This document shows positions 37,286 to 51,445 of a stretch of DNA of 64,000 nt, in pieces. The stretch covers positions 107,632,001 through 107,696,000 of the forward strand of contig OX597819.1 of the NCBI GenBank assembly GCA_951406725.2. Direction: 5' to 3'. The position numbers were made by a program, and so were the translations under genes. The first letter of the stretch is position 1. Each line of letters begins with the position of its first letter. Below the pieces are notes generated by a model. That model ran no database searches, had not been told where the DNA came from, and worked only from the letters and a program-made list of their open reading frames with translations. Origin of the DNA: Octopus vulgaris. Its lineage: Eukaryota.

Positions 37286-38111
37286 ACCACCTTGAGGTGC
37301 CATTATTATTGTTATTATTATTATTATTATTGGATTGGCTTCACAAGCAAGCGAAGATTTACGGAAGGGAAATCCACTTCTACTGCAGGCTTGCTGATAT
37401 ATGACATATCTAGTTCCAGACAAACAGATATGAACGCGAAAGCTTAATGAGAAGGTCGGCTGGTAAAAGTTGGTCGTAATATCCTTGTTTTTCCTCCATT
37501 TTCTCTTGTGTGCAAGGAAATTCCTGCGGGTGCCTTCAAAGGTGGCCGTTGCCCAGAGAACAGAGACATGCCACGTCTCACGGTTAACGGCAAGGACGGA
37601 GCGCCCTGTTCTTTTTGAGGCGATACTCATTCAACCCTGTTGTTAGCGCCTTCAGAATTGACTGTGACTTCCCGTTTTCGAATTTGGAAACATATTCACC
37701 ACTTCCGAATCGTTCTAATACCTGAACAGCTTGTTTTCAACGGATCACCTCAAACGTTGATTCATTGTTAGTTTCCTTTCTTATCTAATGCATCCTTGTA
37801 CTTTCAGTTTCAATCAAAAGGCTTTCTTCAACCCGATTGTATGATAAAAGACATATGCGAAAGTTTGATGCAAAAAAAAAAATATATTTATATGGATGTA
37901 AATCCAATTTTTCCACTAAACAATCACACATGCGTCCGTCTACACAGATTTCTTTTTAGTCTCGGTTACCAAAAGCAATGAATTTAAATTTATTTTCCTT
38001 TTAATTTTCTTTTCACGACGATAAAACATCACAAATATTTTCTTCCTTACGAAGGCGTTTATAGAACACAATCGATGTTATAATAGAATAGATTATGTAT
38101 ACTGTAAAGTC

Positions 38112-38296
38112 AGTGAAGTGGCAGAATCGTTAGCACGCCAGACAAAATGCTCAGTGGCATTTTTTCCGGCTTCATGTTCAAATGCCACCGAGGCCGACTT
38201 TGCTTTTCGTCTCTTTCGGGAACAATGTGGGCGATGTGATCGACTAGCTCCTTCCTCTAAATACTGTTGGCCTGGTGCTAAAATTTGAAACCATTA
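38112..38296 (+). mobile_element. SINE family B, degenerate
   Basis: GGCAGAATCGTTAGCACGCCAGACAAAATGCT..CCGAGGCCGACTTTGCTTTTC. Confidence 0.75.
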
Positions 38297-40655
38297 TGTA
38301 TAATTTAGTAGTTCCTTAGTTTCAAGCAACATTTAGTTGCTATTTCTTGCAGGCGAAGCGACTGCATCGATGTTTTCCTTGGCGGATTACTTCTTCGTGC
38401 GGGATCGTGGTATCATTGTTTACATAAATTCTGTTATCATTACTATCTCACTATATCTTTAATCATTGCTCTAGCGATTATTTCTCTTTATATGGTTATT
38501 TTCACGAACCAGAGGTCGAATGCTTATTTGTCGTACAGACAAAGCAAGAATATAAATCAATATCTAATCAATTTCTTCAATAAAACCAATCAGGTAAGAC
38601 CGCGCCATTCTCTTATGTCATAAGTCTGTTCGTTCCCAGGGAGTAATAATATAAATACACACATTGTCGACATACTGGAGAAAAAGAAATGATTTCTTGC
38701 TGATAGGCTGGTGGGGCGGAATATATATTATGTGAATTTGTTTTTCTGGTAGTGTTATCGATGCAATTGTCCTTTTCTCTTTAATATTCGTCTTTTCAGT
38801 TTCCTAGACGTTTAATATTTAACACTACATTTCGAAATAGAAGTAAAAGCCACAAAACTTTGATCCTTATAAAAGTATGTCCTGACAAGCTAATGAGGAT
38901 ATCACTGCATGGTCTCTTGATCTGCTAGAAATTGCAACCAAATCTCTCTGAAATTACACTCTATCGGCCCACTTAAGACTCTCCAGTGTTAAAAAAAGGA
39001 TACACTAGATAATGTACTCCTAGATGCATTATGTCTGAATAAAAGGAAGGCTAGTCAAATTTAGTGAACCATTGGTCATCTTTTGGATCAAGGTGGCAAC
39101 AAAACATATAAAAAATATATTAATTATTTCATACAAATTGCTAAGGGAGTAGACTCAATCTGTCACTTGTTTCAATCTTATGATATTCACGTCCTGTTAA
39201 AGTAAATGTTTCACGTTCGAGTGAAAATTTCTAACATGTTACGTTACATCACAACACAGCCATGCACTGTTTCATTGGATAGAGGAAATGAGAAGTGAAT
39301 CAATGACTCACGTTCTCTTGACTTACCCTGACTTTTCTGAGTAGACAATTCTTTTTGTTCTTGAGGATTTTTTGCCTCTTTTCCACCTCGTTTATAATTA
39401 TTTCTAATTTCAGCACAATGCCAGCGAATTTGAGAGAAAAAGTCAACCCCAGTACCTAACCTTAACGAGAAGAAAAGCAAAACAGACCATGTTGGGAAGT
39501 GAACTTAAAGCATCTTGAGCTGGAAGAAAAAACACAAGTATTTTATTCGATGTTTCATATATTCTGTAAATCCAGTGCAAAATGAATGTCCGTATTTCCT
39601 GAATCATGACACATATGCACTTCACTTGTGCAGCCTCAATTTTATGAATACGCACATAGCTTATACAGATTCACTTATATAAACATACAATCTGCAGAGG
39701 TTCACAAGTAAAACCTTTCTTGTTTTACATTTTCAATAATTGTTTCTTTACTAGAAAAAGGAACACTGGCTTAATCGGATCGTGCAATCTGGATGGGAAA
39801 GGATGTCTCGAAGGCTATTTGAATAATGCAGCTTTAATACACAGAAACTCATTTTAAGCACTACTTAGCGATATAGGGATACTTAAATTCTTGTGGTTCT
39901 CTTTCACATATGCACATAAGAATGGATATTTCCAGTGTTTCCTAAGTTAAGAATATATGTCATTTCTTTGCATTTAATTTGATGTTTTTAGAAATGTAAA
40001 AATTTCAGATAGCGTAAAGAGCTGTTCATATACGAAACGAGAAATAATCTCTTAAAATAAGACACATAATCGAATTAAATAGATTATAAACAAAAATAAA
40101 ATTAACAAATAAATAAAAGATACCCTTAAACGGTTTTAAAAGCCTTAATATTCTCACATTATAACGTAATGCTTTTCCCCCAACTTACATAAAATATAAG
40201 AGGATAAGATGGTATATTTCCTATATATGAGTATTTAATTATTACGAACTTTATATAATTATTTCCCACTTTCAATAAGATATACTTAAATTCCATATTG
40301 AATATTTAGCTTTGTAATTTCAGAGATTTATACTGCGCACTTGAAATCAGAAATTAGTTTGGAAAAAGAAAACTTGTCTTCCTCTTTTTCTTTTTTGCCG
40401 ATAACCAATTAACCAGTTTAGGAATAATCATGAATAAACCCAAATATAAAAACAAATACCCTAATGGTTATATATATATATTAATTAGATAGAGAGAGAG
40501 GGGGGGAGATCCAGATGTGTGTGTGTATTTAAGTTTTTATAACAATACCAATGAAAATTTTATAATTAATATCTACAATAATTAATTCTTAAATGTTTTA
40601 TGAGAATGTTTTCAAAATCGTAAAACAGAATTGCATAAATGTACACGTATATGCA

Positions 40656-40754
<99 letters not shown>

Positions 40755-41577
40755 ACGTATGTATATATATATATATATATATATGCATGTATGTATATAT
40801 ACATACATATATATATATATATTTATATATATATATATTTATATATGTGTGTGTATATATATATATATATATGTGTGTGTATTGACACATACGTACATAC
40901 ATATGTATGTGTACCTGTTGGTGCATGTGTGTCCTATATGTGTGTTTAGGTGAACGTATGTGAGTAGATATGCACATACATATTTATATGAGACAAGTGC
41001 AAATATGCACGAATATATTCATCTATATACTCTCTCGCCACACACACACAAACATACACATTTTATGCACCAATTTGCACCAGTTTGAGAAAAGAAGGAT
41101 AGAGACCCCGTTTTGCTATTCTGTTTTAAGTTGGTGTTTATTATGTAAAAACTAATCATATTTACGTTAAGCTTAACGTAAGTTGAGAATAAAATATTTT
41201 ATAAAACGTTTCTTTGGATAATATGATCTACTCGAAACTTAGATATTCAAAGTCTCCTTGAAATAGTTATGGCTTCCTTCTGATATGTTTATGCTTATGA
41301 TATTTAATTATAAACAGGAAGAGTAATAAGACAGTTTTCAAGCATTATTTAATGTCAATTATGTTTCGGTAGATAAGGAATAGACACATACATGAACGTA
41401 TGGTTAAATCGCTCGCTTTGGAAACACGTGACGTCGATGAGGGAAAAGCATGCACACTTATATGTATGTATATATATGTATATATATATATATATATATA
41501 CATATATACATACATACATACATACATACATACATACATACATAATACATACATACATACATACATACATACATACA

Positions 41578-41608
<31 letters not shown>

Positions 41609-41823
41609 GTATGTAGGTATGTCGACAACAGTGCATATTAAAATCTAGGCAGGTAGTAATCCAAGTATTCTAGAGTTCTAGAAGAGTGTATGATCGAAAT
41701 ATTAAAGACTTCTTTCACTTTTTCTTAGCGTCAACCTATTATCACATTCTGTTTGTTGTTCTTACACCTCGTGCTTATGTTTTCTCTATTTTAGGGCCAT
41801 ATGTGTGTGTATGTGTATTTACG

Positions 41824-41883
<60 letters not shown>

Positions 41884-42128
41884 TGTATGTGTGCGTGTGT
41901 GGTTTTGTATTAATGTATTGGGTTCATGTTAAGAAAAACTTTAAATATCTTGATTTTACAAGGAGAAATGGTGTTCGTTTCCATTTCGGAGATGAACACC
42001 ATTCCCCAAATGATCGGCTTGAAAAATTAAGATATTAAGATATTTCTAACATGAAACCAATGGTAGCCTTAATAAACAAATAAAGAATGCGGTGTTGAGC
42101 ACTCATTCTCGTCGTTCGACATTTACCT

Positions 42129-42159
<31 letters not shown>

Positions 42160-42160
<1 letters not shown>

Positions 42161-42865
42161 ACTAAGTAATTAAGGGTTTAGCAACGATTTGCCTCACCAC
42201 ACACCGAGTTTAGAAATAGCAGTCAAAGAGTTATAGTTATTCTTTCTACTAAAAGGGAGATCTCAGTAAAACCACAGCACTTAGAAGGCAAACGCAGGCA
42301 AGAGAGAAAGAAATGACGACAATCATACAATATTAAGTCACCTACGGACATACGTTTCGAAATTAAGTTTTAGGAAAGCATAAGAATTAGATAATTATGT
42401 CTTACCCAGCTATTTTTCTCATCAGCGTAGGACACTACAATTATGAATAATTGTATATTAAATTTGGAGGTACTAGAAGACAACACCTCAACTCATAGTA
42501 TCAGAGCGAGCTAAAGCCGTTACCAGTATCACCAAATTCAAAGTGTGAATGAAAGTTTGTGTCACCAACCCCCTCCCACCAGCGTGCTGCCAGGACAAGA
42601 TGTTGTGGTCATTTACTGGGATGAAATATGGTTATCAGTAATAATATAGGGTGAAATTAATTAATTTGGAATAATCATTAATTTCACCAAGTAGATTTCG
42701 GCATGTAAAAGAACTCTTTGACTGCTATTTCTAAACTCGGTGTGTGGTGAGGCAAATCGTTGCTAAACCCTTAATTACTTAGTATTACTTAAACTTTCCT
42801 CGAATGGGGCTTTTACATGCCGAAATCTACTTGGTGAAATTAATGATTATTCCAAATTAATTTCA
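42160..42865 (-). mobile_element. Family L element with nested inverted segments
   Basis: About 42713-42785 is the reverse complement of 42160-42232; about 42659-42713 is inverted at about 42810-42862. Confidence 0.75.
42341..42431 (-). ncRNA. Type I hammerhead ribozyme, family L
   Basis: CCTACG-CTGATGA-GAAA-(about 52 nt)-TTTC-GAAAC-GTAT-GTC-CGTAGG; intact core, 6-bp stem I. Confidence 0.9.
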
Positions 42866-42989
42866 TTGCCGGTCTATGATGAAACCAAGGTCTTCGTCAC
42901 TGTTTTCTATTGGATTATATGTATTGTCTAAACCAATACAATTGTAAGCATATATGATGCAAACGTATCTTCTTATAGCACCCCGGCTA

Positions 42990-43555
42990 GTATTTGAAAG
43001 AATTCAGAGTGCCAAGAGTAGACTGTAAGAGGGAAAAGCTGCTGGCCCAGATGAAATTCCCCCTGAAGTTTTCGAGAGTGCAACCTGGATGAAATAATAC
43101 TAGATTTGGCGAATAAGCTCTTGCAGAACCAAGAAAGTCCAGATCAGTTATCCGAAACTGACTTGATACCAATCCCAAAGCAAAGAAACTAACTACAGAG
43201 GAATTGCACAGTCCAATATCTCGCTCAAAGTCATCATCCGAATGATCCTCAACATGATTCAATAGGTGCTTGATAGCCATCTGAAACCAATTCAAAATAG
43301 ATTCGGGCCTTGAGACCAGGAAGATCCACAACATCTCAGATCTTTGCCCTGAGGCGTATCACAAGCGTTAAATCAAGACTCTGTCTACCATTATAAGCTT
43401 TGTGGACTTCAGCAACGGGTTTGACAGCATCCATCGATACAAAATATTGATCCTTCGAGTATATGGCATTCCAGAACTAGTTCTTGCCATTGCAAAAACT
43501 TCTATGAAGTCCAGAACTCGTGTGTTGTCATCTGATAGGAAAATGGAATTCCTTC
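42990..43555 (+). pseudogene. RTE-like LINE RT fragment
   Basis: GKAAGPDEIPPEVF, LIPIPK, NYRGIA, QIFALRRI, FVDFSNGFDSIHR..YGIPE with frameshifts. Confidence 0.8.
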
Positions 43556-44620
43556 GGAATAGCTGTCCCATATATTTTGGAATTTCCCCAATCTCGTCAG
43601 GATTTTTGCTTTTATTCAGTCATTGCAAAGCGAAAAAGGGAAGCCTTTTTAAAACAAAAGTTTTAAAATCCATGTCTTTTAAATGTTTATCTCTCCCCTC
43701 ACACAACCACACTCATCGTGTCTTTGGAACAATAAAACAACCACTAAAATTATATATTTTTCTTTTTCGTAATTTTCTGTCATTTTATCGTATTTCACTT
43801 TCTGAAACATGTGTAGCTCGCGTTACAGAAAAATCAATTGTACCCCCTTCCCCCAACATGATTGTACTTTGTACAAGGAAGGAAACGTCAAACACTGCAA
43901 GTGATTGAGTGAGAAAAAATTGGAACTTTGAAAAGTGTATCAATAAAGCAACATTTTCAGTCGTTTATTTAAACTTTCTCTGTTAACTCATTAAATACAA
44001 TTACATGCGATAGACGGGTTTTGAGATTTAAATTTGCTAATTTTCTAAGATTTTAATTATTGTGTGTGAGGGGGCTCACCGAATTTGAAGTGCTCTGGAC
44101 ACCCTATGTTTTAAATCCAATCCTGCTGATACCTGCTTCTACATATAGAAATATACATGTCTGTGGTTAAATCGTCTAATTTAAAATACACATTTTTTTA
44201 ACACTTTGAAATTGTCTGAAATTAATTCGTAGGATAGTATTAATTTAGAATAGAATTACAGATATCCCATCATGAAACAGAATATTAGTAATACTGAACA
44301 TCGCAAAATCATATAATTAATCCACTGCTAACGGGAACCATTAACTGATTCTAATTAATTAAAAGCAATTTATTAAACTGTCCACACTTCAAAAAATTAA
44401 AGTCTTTGATGTAGGTAATTAGAATGTTTAATATAAGGAGTTTCCCCATAATGTAGAGACTTCAATACTTTGATCTCGTAATATATAGTATATTACGGTC
44501 CGAGATTTTCCAATTTATTTTTAAAATTTTGATACCTTGTCTTTTAGCTCCTGTATATAACTGGAAATGGCAACCTATTTCCTTTTCTTCGTGCAAGCAG
44601 GAAGCGCTTGTGATATACAA

Positions 44621-44685
<65 letters not shown>

Positions 44686-45476
44686 TTATGTGCGTATATG
44701 TGTATATGTACATAGGTATTATACTCACACACACACACACACATATATATGTAATATTTAGATTCGATCCCCGTACCTCAATCTTCCATGATGTCTGGTG
44801 CATCAGCGACATACACACCATAACGTAAATGATGTTATTTTTCATTGCTCCCAAGCATTCTGCATCCAAGTGTTATCCACATACTGCTTCGATGCTTCAC
44901 CCTAAATCTACGCTGACTGCAAGAGCAGAAATTTTCAAAACATTCTCCAATAGGAACACATAAATTTTCTTTTCTTCGTTACACAAATATGTCCATAGGC
45001 ATCACGTAAAAGATGTAAACTATATGAACAACACATCAATAGAATGATCAAGGTTGGTATGAAAGACACGCCTCGCCATGACTAAAATTTCGTCCTAGCA
45101 AACGCGCGTCCTCAACATAAAAAAGAAAATTGCATTAGAAAGGCTAGACTTCCTCTTTAGAGTTAGAAAATACTTCAGCTCAAAGCAATAACCATACTTT
45201 CAGAGATAATACTTCTACGTCTGGAGCCTGTGACTACGATACTGTTACAAATACAAACATCCGAAAAAAGTCGCTCTACTTACTTAATAGCATGAAGTCA
45301 CTTACAGAGTCCAGTCCCTTCTCCCAAGAATATTCACCCTCAAACAATTCTTCATTTGACCATATTTTTTCTTACAACAATTGCTTCAGGACAAGCATTA
45401 TCTATGTAGGCCTCAGCGGTTTTGAAGGACCTGCGAAGGCCATTGATAAAACACTTTCTTCTAGATCAAACCCACA

Positions 45477-45517
<41 letters not shown>

Positions 45518-45520
<3 letters not shown>

Positions 45521-45676
45521 AGTGACTGTGTGGCAAGTAGCTTGCTTACCAACCACATGGTTCTCGGTTCAGTATCACTGCGTGGCACTTTGGGCAAGTG
45601 TCTTCTATTATAGCCTCGGGCTGACCAAAGCCTTGAGAGTGGATTTTGGTAGAAGGAAACTGAAAGAAGCCCGTCG

Positions 45677-45736
<60 letters not shown>

Positions 45737-45960
45737 TGTGTCTATGTTTGTCCCCCCAACATCGCTTGACAACCGATGCTGGTGTGTTTACGTCTCCGTA
45801 ACTTAGCGGTTCGACAAAAGAGACCGATAGAATAAGTACTAGGTACTAGGCTTACAAAGAATAACTCCCGGGGTCGATTTGCTCGACTAAAGGCGGCGCT
45901 CCAGCATGGCCACAGTCAAATGAGTGAAACAAGTAAAAGAGTAAAAGAGTAAAAGAGTAA
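45518..45960 (+). mobile_element. SINE family A
   Basis: High similarity to 29550-30000. Confidence 0.9.
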
Positions 45961-46500
45961 CACATATATATAAACCCAACCGATTTCTGCATAATAGCTT
46001 CCGTCTACCAGGTTTGATGCGCGGAAACAAGATCATGGCAGAAGACACCCGCCCAAAATACTATACAATAGAATCGAACGAGCAGCTACTCAGTAGCAAA
46101 GCCAACTGATTAGCCATAAAGCTTTACCTCTGGCCATCAGTAGAGATTAATAAAAGATGGCTGATCATATTCTAACAATTTACAAAATAATATTTTCATT
46201 AATGTTGCAAATTATCAAACTTCATTTAATTTCTATCAACTGATAATCAAAACTAAATTTATTATGATGCTTTGAAATATATGTTCAAAGGCTTAGTTTC
46301 GTCGCTACAGGAAAAGATAACACATATGTAACACATTCATAAAACACAAACACAAGTCTGCGCACAAGCACAACAGAAATACGCAGAGATATACACACAT
46401 ACGCACACAAATAAACATCCGTAATACATTCATAAAACACGCACACACACACGTGCGCACACAAGCACACACACACAAATACACATACACAAACACGCAC

Positions 46501-46723
<223 letters not shown>

Positions 46724-47025
46724 TACATACGTGTATTTACAGAGATAAAACAAACAATCAGACAGGTACATAGCCAGAGGGAGACAGAGACAGACAGACA
46801 TATAGTCAGAGAGAAAGATAGATCGGTAGATGACATACATACATACATACATGCATAATGTGTATGTGTACTATAGTTAAACAATTCTTTCTTATACAAG
46901 GTAATTGATCAAATTTCAAAGCAGTGAATGTGTTCCACAAAATCAATGAAAACTCTGATGTTCTTCTATACATATAATAATAATTACCAAACTAGGATTA
47001 TAAGCAGTAATAGTGGAGACACTGG

Positions 47026-47078
<53 letters not shown>

Positions 47079-47129
47079 ATACAACTATGTATGCGTGACA
47101 TGATACCACGCATACATATCACTTATATG

Positions 47130-47169
<40 letters not shown>

Positions 47170-48169
47170 TGAACGCGTGCATATGTGCGTGTGTTTATAT
47201 GATGTGTGCATATGTGTTCACGTAGGCATATATTTGTATGTTTATATGTATGTGCATGTATGTATATAGGTATGAATGTTTACAATATATATTTATGTAT
47301 GTATGTGTGTATGTATATATATATATATGTATATACAGTATATTTATATATATATATGTGTGTGTATATATATATACATATATATGTATGTATGTATGTA
47401 TGTATGTGTGCATGTATGTACGTATGTATGCATACATATACGTATATGTGTGTGTACGTGCACGTATATGTCTATGTGTTTGTGCTTTTATGTATATTAT
47501 TTATGCGTACATATGCATACATTTATATGTCTGTATGTGTACATATATGTATGTATAAATATAAATTTCTATAAATATATGTATATATATGTGCGTGCAT
47601 GTGAGCACGTAGATACATACATACATATATATATTTAAATATATATGTGGGAGGAGGAGTGATTGTGTGTATATATATGTGGGGGACAGGTGCGTGTGTG
47701 GGTTATTTAGAAACTAAACTATTGTTGATGTTTCCTTTAAGCCCTCCCGTATTAATGATTGACGAATGGAAAACTACAAGCCCTGAATATAATCATCTAA
47801 TTCTTCAAAGTTATACGTGAATATATTAAAACACAATTATATGCGAAAACAATAATATATGCGCAGAGTGTCACAGACAGACAGAACGACACGCAAAGAC
47901 AAAGAGAGACATATGAAAAGAGACAGTATGAAAGAAAGTGTGTTAAAAGGAAAGACACAGAGAGAGAGAGAGAGAGATTCCCTCCTCTGTTCATAATTTA
48001 TATCCGTGTGTGTGTTTCTGTGTGTGTGTGTTTCTGTGTGTGTGTGTTTCTGTGTGTGTGTGTTTCTCTATCTCACGTCACTACGCAGGCTGTTCTGTTT
48101 CACAATTGAATTCTCACCAATTATATGATATACATGTCTGCATATATTGTCTACGTGGGTTGTGTGAAG

Positions 48170-48445
48170 ATACGTGGCACAGTGGTTCGGGTATTCGGTT
48201 TACAATCGTATGGTCGTGAGTTTGATTCTCTTGTGTCGGTGAGTAAGACACCTTATTTCACGTTGCTCCAGTCCATTAAGCTATCAAAAATGAGTAGTAC
48301 CTGTATTTCAAAACGCCAGCCTGGTCACATTCTGTATAGCGCTGAATATCCCTAAGCATGTCTGTAGAGTGCTAAGCCACTTACACGTTACTTTCACGTG
48401 CAGTCTGTTCCGTTGACCGAATCGTCGTAACCAACGGAGTGCCAG
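48170..48445 (+). mobile_element. Degenerate tRNA-derived SINE (C-related)
   Basis: GTGGCACAGTGGTT..GAGTTTGATTC..GAGTAAGACACCTTATTTCACGTTGCTCC. Confidence 0.55.
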
Positions 48446-48681
48446 TTTTACATACGTCATTAAAGTATATGTTCATTGCGTTGCTCGTGTGTAACTTTAT
48501 CGTGTTTTACGGTGGTTTGGGACAAAAAACCACCATAAACTCGCGATAAAGATACACATGAGCAATGCAATGAACATATGATAAATAGGCTTACCCTTGC
48601 GTTGAATACATCAGTAAGAAATGCATATTTAGTTTTACTTTTTGGTAAAGATTGCATAGCGCTGTCTATATTAGTATTATG

Positions 48682-48713
<32 letters not shown>

Positions 48714-50145
48714 CATACATACATACATACATACATACATACATACATAGAAGTTAAAATGTTGGTGCATTAATGTTGAAACAATTGTTTCTACTCCAAT
48801 AACTAATAACTAAACCTTGAAAGTTGCATTATGGCCATTAAATTATATTGCTAACATTTTTGCACAAATTATTTTTGATAACCTTTTAAATATATAAGTT
48901 TCATTGTAACAACCATAAAAGTAATTTATTATATTTGTAAATAACTGAATGTAAATTGACATTTTCAGAAAAATAATAGATATGGCAATTTCGGAGAAAT
49001 GTATATTTTGGAGAAAATATAATTTTTAACGAAATGTACAAGTTTTTATATATATTTTATATAATTTATATATTTTTGCTTACATACATATATGTGTGGG
49101 TGTATCATTTGTCCTTTTCCTGCTCGTTGTTTGTTTTTCTTTTTAAATGTACTGAAACTGTTGTAAGTATATATGGCCGTTGTTTATTACATTTCCTTAT
49201 GTGATATAGCAAATTACCTAAAAATACATTCACTAATTGAATAATGCGAAATATATGGACTAGAAATTTCATAAGCATTTTCAGAAACAATGATACAAAC
49301 TTCTGAAATATTAAAATCTAATAGATACCATCTTACTAATTTTATTGCTTCCTTTAGTGTTATTGTTACTGTTGTTGCTCCTGTCGCGACGGTTGCAGTA
49401 GTTGTTGCTGTAAGATAACTATCGTAGGTACGCAAACAATATCAATTTCTTTGTGTGTCAATCATTTTTTTTTTTTTTACCCATTAGTCCGTTGGCCAGT
49501 CTGTTTTCAATTGTCAATCCTTTCTTATCGTTGCTATAGTTGTATAGCCCTAGATCTCGATTGACCGGCTTTATGGCTGGAAGATAATAAGCCGTACAAC
49601 AGATGTATTTTTAGCTGCGCTTTGCCTTCGGTTAGCAGAGAATTATACTGCATTCCGACTTACAGTGATGAGTCGTACGGGGTTTTGTAAGACAGTCTGG
49701 AGATATTGTATTTTCTCCACTAACCATACTATTTCTGTACACCCGTGGATTCTGGCGAGGGCCAGTAACCGAGATGAAACCGGTTGGAGTACGAACAGTT
49801 GTTGTTCCTCTTAAATTATTGTCAGTGCTGTATATCCCAGAACAGTTTATGGGGCGGTAGACGTTAAAGATGATGCAGCTATTCCTGTGTTCATGTGGTC
49901 TTGATTGCTGTTTAGGTTGTCGGACACTGTGAGAACAGCGGAGTTTTAAAAATACAGCAGAAAACTGTATCTTTTGCATGTCCACGTAGTTTTTCATTAT
50001 CAGTCTTTTTGCTTCGTTGTGTTGGCGATGAGCGGGTGTGGTTTGCGTACTACCTGAGATGATGTTGTGCTGCAATGTTTTAAGAGATTTAGAGCTCAAG
50101 GAGGATTGAATTTTGTAGTGAACTGATAGGCGGATAATATATATC

Positions 50146-50400
50146 TTATATAACAATTGTTCTGTCTGTCTGTGTGTCTTCTCAGATCTTGGGCATCCTC
50201 CATCCGATTGCGTTCAAATTTGAAATGTAGATACCGACCGTATCAGGGCGTGTATAAGTCTTGAAAAGTTACAAAAACCGATTCCAGGTGAAAATGCGAT
50301 CGATAAAGCCGTTTTTGTCCTGCTTTTCCTCCGTCAACCTGTACATAACTGCACCTTCCATTTTTTGTTGTTTTTGTACTGCTTAAAGGCACGTTTCTTT
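50146..50400 (+). mobile_element. Possible Helitron/HINE-like 5' fragment
   Basis: TCTTATATAA, (TGTC)n, CCGATTGCGTTCAAATTTG arrangement. Confidence 0.3.
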
Positions 50401-50818
50401 CCTGCAAAGCATACTGTTTAAACCATGTTTGTGTTCTCCCAGTCAACAGCCTTATCATTACTGGTACTTTAAACTCTTCAGTTGCATATAAATGTTAATA
50501 AAATTGTTTTTCTTTGGAATAGAAAAAAGTCTACCTTTATTTCTTCTTTTGCTGGTGTCTCAAATTTAGGTTAAATCAGTGTTTCTCGAAAGGGAGGCCT
50601 ATGGGACGGTCGGACAAGTTGTTTTGAGAAAATTTGGTTTAAATGTTTGACAACTCAGCACCGTTCATATATATATATATATATATATTGGACCGTCCGT
50701 ATATATATATATTGGACTAATCCATTGATGAAAAACTGCTCCAATACAAAACGACATTTGAACCTTTTTGAACTGTTTTGAACTTTCTATTTATCTTACT
50801 CCGTATGTTGTTACTTTG

Positions 50819-50866
<48 letters not shown>

Positions 50867-51091
50867 GCTTTCTCTCATTTTCTTTTCATTTTCGTCTTCT
50901 CTTCTTTTCTTCACCTTTTCCTTCATTTTCTTCTTTTTCTCTTCTCCTCACGCCTTTTGAATATCTTGAGCTGTTATACTACTTACGTCATTACGTTCCT
51001 TTTCTCTCACCTTTTTCTTCTTTTTTCTTTCTTACTTTATTCTTTATCTTTTTTTTCAAACTCGCCCGATTACAAATCTTTCCTCATATTC

Positions 51092-51127
51092 CTTTCTGTT
51101 GAAGAGCGTAGGCTTGAAACGTAAAAG
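51092..51127 (+). ncRNA. Minimal hammerhead motif, family G-like (core CTGTTGA, mutated)
   Basis: CTTT-CTGTTGA-A-GAGC-GTAG-GCTT-GAAAC-GTA-AAAG; element ends AAC(TA)n at about 51213. Confidence 0.7.
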
Positions 51128-51210
51128 ACTTTCTCACTTTCCCGAGCGTCAAACTAATACACCTGCTTGTTCATACACCTATGTTCGTCTTTTGTTTTAC
51201 TGTAAATTTC

Positions 51211-51244
<34 letters not shown>

Positions 51245-51246
<2 letters not shown>

Positions 51247-51445
51247 ATAAAAATGGTAAGACAACAAAAGAATGAAAGAGACCTCGATACTATGTAAATA
51301 GAGGAATTTATCTGTAAATGTAATATGTGACAATTATTCGGTAGCCATGATAAAACTCCGAGTTTCGGATGCCGAGGTGCAAATCCACGCAACCATCAAT
51401 TCAGTTATCCAGCCATCAGAAAAAAAAACCGATGGCCGGATAACT
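51245..51445 (-). mobile_element. Family I element, tail-to-tail with family G across (TA)n
   Basis: Homolog of 24248-24485; GATAA-CTGAATT..CATCC-GAAAC-TCGGA-GTT-TTATC. Confidence 0.65.

Noticed and set aside
39244-39860. Splice-like signals on both strands
   Set aside because: Short or stop-interrupted frames and no recognisable protein
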